The notes beneath the pieces are model-generated. The model saw only the letters and a list, made by a program, of their open reading frames with translations, was not told where the DNA came from and ran no database searches. Of a stretch of DNA of 64,000 nt, positions 61,339 through 64,000 are shown piece after piece. Location of the stretch: positions 72,983 to 136,982 of the forward strand of contig CAZAOT010000003.1 of the NCBI GenBank assembly GCA_964487045.1, in the 5' to 3' direction. Position 1 is the first letter of the stretch. Every line of letters begins with the position of its first letter. The position numbers and the translations under genes were made by a program. The DNA comes from an uncultured Candidatus Saccharibacteria bacterium. Lineage in GTDB: Bacteria > Patescibacteriota > UBA1384 > DTJR01.

Positions 61339-61686
61339 ATGATCGACCTACATAGTGCGATCCTCTACTCAAAAGATATAAAAAAGATAGTAGATTTCTA
61401 TCAAAATAAACTAGGTCTAGAGTTAGAATATAACGAAAATGATTATTTCGTGTCATTTATTTTTCCATCAGGCGGAAGGTTGGGCATTAGGCAGGAAAAG
61501 GGCGAGCGAGAAAAGGCTGGACACCAAACGGTCTTTTTGAGAGTTGAAAATATCGATGATTACTATAAAAAGATATCCCAAAGTGGGGAATACAATATCT
61601 ATCGTAAATTAGAAAAACATTCTTGGGGCAAAGCTTTCGCAATCCTTGATCCAGATCATAACAAAGTCGAATTTATCGAAAAATGA
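61339..61686 (+). CDS. VOC/glyoxalase-family protein
   Basis: ATG at 61339 after AAGGAAG. The beta-alpha-beta-beta-beta module pattern is present. The track start at 61279 overlaps the ABC gene. Confidence 0.7.
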   Translation: MIDLHSAILYSKDIKKIVDFYQNKLGLELEYNENDYFVSFIFPSGGRLGIRQEKGEREKAGHQTVFLRVENIDDYYKKISQSGEYNIYRKLEKHSWGKAFAILDPDHNKVEFIEK

Positions 61687-62501
61687 GAAAAATTTATAAT
61701 AAGCTCATTAGAGATAATATTCCTGAGATTATTGCATCAAATGGCTCTACCCCAAAAATCCACAAGCTCAAGAAGTCGGAGTTTATCAGTGCACTCAAAC
61801 TAAAGCTTAGAGAAGAAGTGGATGAGCTTTTAGAGGCTAAGGGTGCTAATGAGATTATGAATGAGCTTACTGATATTTCAGAGGTTCTTGATACTATCCT
61901 AAAACTTAACAACATTTCTAAAAATAAATTGTACGGCGAGCAAAAACGAAAGAATGCGAAGCGGGGTGCTTTTGGCAAGCGTTTATTTTTAGAGTATGTA
62001 GATGAAGAAGAGGATATAGAAATTATCGATGTTATTGATAAAAACGACGAAGTTATTAAGAGTGTGCCTACAAATGAAATATATAAAAATAAATTATCTC
62101 ATCGGATCGTGCATGTGTTGATTTTTGATGAAAAGGATAGGCTAGCCTGCCAGGTCAGGTCTAAAGATAAGAGTTTCTGCCCAGGATGTATTTCTACATC
62201 AGTTGGTGGACACGTCCAGTCAGGAGAGTTACCCGAAGACGCCGCAAAAAGAGAAATGAAAGAAGAAATTGGTAAGTCGGGGAAACTTGAATTTATGTTT
62301 TCCGAGTGGTTCGAAGGAAGGGGCATAAAAAAGCTTCTTTATGTTTTTAGATCGAAAGTGAAGCCGCCCTTCAAATTAAATCCTAGAGAGGTTGAGTCGA
62401 TGAAACATCTATCTTATGATGAGATAGGCAAATTTAAAAATACAAAGATTCACCCGGAATTAAAATTTATTATTAATTTTTTAAAAGATGCCAAAAGTTA
62501 G
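61683..62501 (+). CDS. MazG-like NTP pyrophosphohydrolase domain fused to NUDIX domain
   Basis: N-terminal KLIRDNIPEII...EEVDELLEA (MazG/PRA-PH-like). C-terminal Nudix box GGHVQSGELPEDAAKREMKEEIG. Confidence 0.72.
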   Translation: MRKIYNKLIRDNIPEIIASNGSTPKIHKLKKSEFISALKLKLREEVDELLEAKGANEIMNELTDISEVLDTILKLNNISKNKLYGEQKRKNAKRGAFGKRLFLEYVDEEEDIEIIDVIDKNDEVIKSVPTNEIYKNKLSHRIVHVLIFDEKDRLACQVRSKDKSFCPGCISTSVGGHVQSGELPEDAAKREMKEEIGKSGKLEFMFSEWFEGRGIKKLLYVFRSKVKPPFKLNPREVESMKHLSYDEIGKFKNTKIHPELKFIINFLKDAKS

Positions 62502-62910
62502 AATATGCTCAGCTTGTCTGCTTGGCGTGAATTGCCGATATAATGGTAAGTGCAAGCCTTGCGAAAAAGTGATTGGTCTGGCAAAAAAAGAAATCTTGAT
62601 TCCTGTCTGTCCGGAAATACTAGGAGGTCAACCAACTCCCAGGCCTAATGCTGAGATTAAGGACGGGAAAGATAAAGTGTTTGAGCCAGATGGAACTGAT
62701 GTAACTGAGTTTTTTGAAAAAGGAGCTGAGGAAGTTTTGAAGATAGCAAAGCTGTATAATCGCTGTGAAGCAATCTTAAAACAACGCAGCCCTTCGTGCG
62801 GATCGGGCCAATTGAAGCAGATGGATGGTTCGATAATTAAAGGAGATGGAATTACTACGAGACTGCTTAAAAAGAATGGGATAAAAGTAATTTCCGAGGA
62901 AGATTTATGA
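62488..62910 (+). CDS. DUF523 family protein
   Basis: SACLLGVNCRYNG and SPSCGS motifs. Confidence 0.75.
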   Translation: MPKVRICSACLLGVNCRYNGKCKPCEKVIGLAKKEILIPVCPEILGGQPTPRPNAEIKDGKDKVFEPDGTDVTEFFEKGAEEVLKIAKLYNRCEAILKQRSPSCGSGQLKQMDGSIIKGDGITTRLLKKNGIKVISEEDL

Positions 62911-63425
62911 AATTAATTTGCGAAATAACCAATAAGGAGGTTGGTGAGGTGAGTGAAGTTTCAAATAAACCTTGTCTTGATCGTCACGCGGCTAGGGCGA
63001 TACTTATAGATGAAGATAAGAAAGTTGCGATAATCGAAGCTAAAAATATTAAAATTCATAAAATTTTAGGCGGTGGAATAGAAGAGGGTGAGGACATTGA
63101 GCTAGCTTTAGAGCGTGAAATTATGGAAGAGTCAGGTTGTAAGGGCGAAGTTTTCGAAGAGGTGGGAACGATAATTGAGCATCGCACAAACAGAAACTTC
63201 AAACAAACCAATTATTGTTATCTTGCAAAATTAGTTGGTGAAAAAGGAACCCCGACATTCACCGATAAAGAAATTGAAGAAGGTTTTAAATTAGTTTGGA
63301 TTGATTTAGATGATGCCATTAAGCGTTTTGAGATGGATGATCCCGACCAGTATTCGGCTAAATTTCAGGGTTACCGCGACCGTATTTTTTTGCAGACAGC
63401 TAAGGAAATATTGGAAAAGCAATAA
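62907..63425 (+). CDS. NUDIX hydrolase
   Basis: Nudix box GGGIEEGEDIELALEREIMEESG. Confidence 0.85.
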   Translation: MKLICEITNKEVGEVSEVSNKPCLDRHAARAILIDEDKKVAIIEAKNIKIHKILGGGIEEGEDIELALEREIMEESGCKGEVFEEVGTIIEHRTNRNFKQTNYCYLAKLVGEKGTPTFTDKEIEEGFKLVWIDLDDAIKRFEMDDPDQYSAKFQGYRDRIFLQTAKEILEKQ

Positions 63426-64000
63426 TGAAGCTGATTATCGTTCGTCATGGTGAGACGCCGGATAATATAAATGATATTTCTCAAGGTCAAAGAGATACTA
63501 TTTTGACCGAAGAGGGGAGAAGACAGGCTGTAAAGCTTGGCGAAAGACTAAAAAATGAAAAAATTGATTTCATCTATTCGAGTGATCTTACTAGGACAAA
63601 ACAGACTCTTCAGGAAATTTTAAAATATCACGACTCCCCTGTTGTTTATGATCAGCTTCTTAGGGAGAGAGCAAATGGTCATTACGAAGGAGGGTCGCGA
63701 AAAATTTTTATTAAAGAAAGAGAAAATAGCGGAATGTCTAAACTCGAGTTTAAATCCCCTTCTGGTGAAAGTGTAAATGACATGCTTGAGAGGATAAAAA
63801 TATTTTGGCAGAGATTAGAAAAAGATCATAAGCAAGGAGAGTCGATACTTATCTGCTCGCATGCGCTTTGGATTAATACTTTTCTAGCTTTTATATTTGA
63901 TAAGGTTAGCGAAGAAGAGATTTTCAAACCCATTTCAAATTGTTCAGTTTCTATTGTAGAAGTATCGGGAAGTCCAAAATCGATTCTTTCTAATTGCGTA
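63425..64000 (+). CDS. histidine phosphatase (phosphoglycerate mutase-like) family protein, 3' end outside window
   Basis: The ATG overlaps the previous stop (TAATG). The catalytic motif is LIIVRHGETPDN. The frame is open to the window edge. Confidence 0.8.
   Translation, partial: MKLIIVRHGETPDNINDISQGQRDTILTEEGRRQAVKLGERLKNEKIDFIYSSDLTRTKQTLQEILKYHDSPVVYDQLLRERANGHYEGGSRKIFIKERENSGMSKLEFKSPSGESVNDMLERIKIFWQRLEKDHKQGESILICSHALWINTFLAFIFDKVSEEEIFKPISNCSVSIVEVSGSPKSILSNCV

Overview
The backbone is a low-GC bacterial chromosome segment, roughly 35-40% GC by eye on sample lines. Its gene content and style fit a small-genome CPR/Patescibacteria-like organism: short genes, split comEC, a DnaJ lacking the zinc finger, and many signal-anchored surface proteins. 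This placement is an inference, since no database search was possible.

Recognisable backbone genes:
- Nucleotide and translation functions: deoC and typA/bipA.
- Chaperone operon: grpE-pspC-(LiaF-like)-dnaK-lipoprotein-J-domain.
- Competence: comEC (split in two) and comEA.
- Recombination and regulation: yebC-ruvC and ruvA-recG.
- A roughly 13 kb co-directional sugar-nucleotide/glycosyltransferase cluster (34.6-47.3 kb). It is followed by two paralogous secreted proteins, a GT-C-like membrane protein and a ROK kinase.
- A 1.1k-aa Gly-rich repeat surface protein.
- A MacB/FtsX-type ABC pair.
- A cluster of NUDIX/MazG/VOC/DUF523/histidine-phosphatase genes.
- One tRNA-Lys(UUU).
- No rRNA, CRISPR array, transposase or integrase was seen.

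Four things stand out:
1. deoC and typA each carry a 140-bp module at a GACCAC site in their 5' coding region. Each module holds an in-frame duplicate of the gene's own N-terminus fused to a conserved, hairpin-containing element of about 68 nt. The two elements are about 89% identical and lie in inverted orientation 6.9 kb apart.
2. Eight sharply bounded GC-rich cassettes (roughly 50-60% GC) are interleaved with backbone genes in the first 33 kb. Each has its own Shine-Dalgarno site and a GC-rich intrinsic terminator, and most follow a near-consensus TTGACx-17-TATAxT promoter. They encode a dGTPase-like HD protein, an orphan CheY receiver and about ten proteins I cannot assign.
3. A family of GC-rich, SD-sequestering 5' leaders (GGRCTTCCGG...GGAGCGGAGG) precedes three unrelated genes.
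4. Two genes probably start at ATT.

All functional calls rest on motifs read by eye in the translations.
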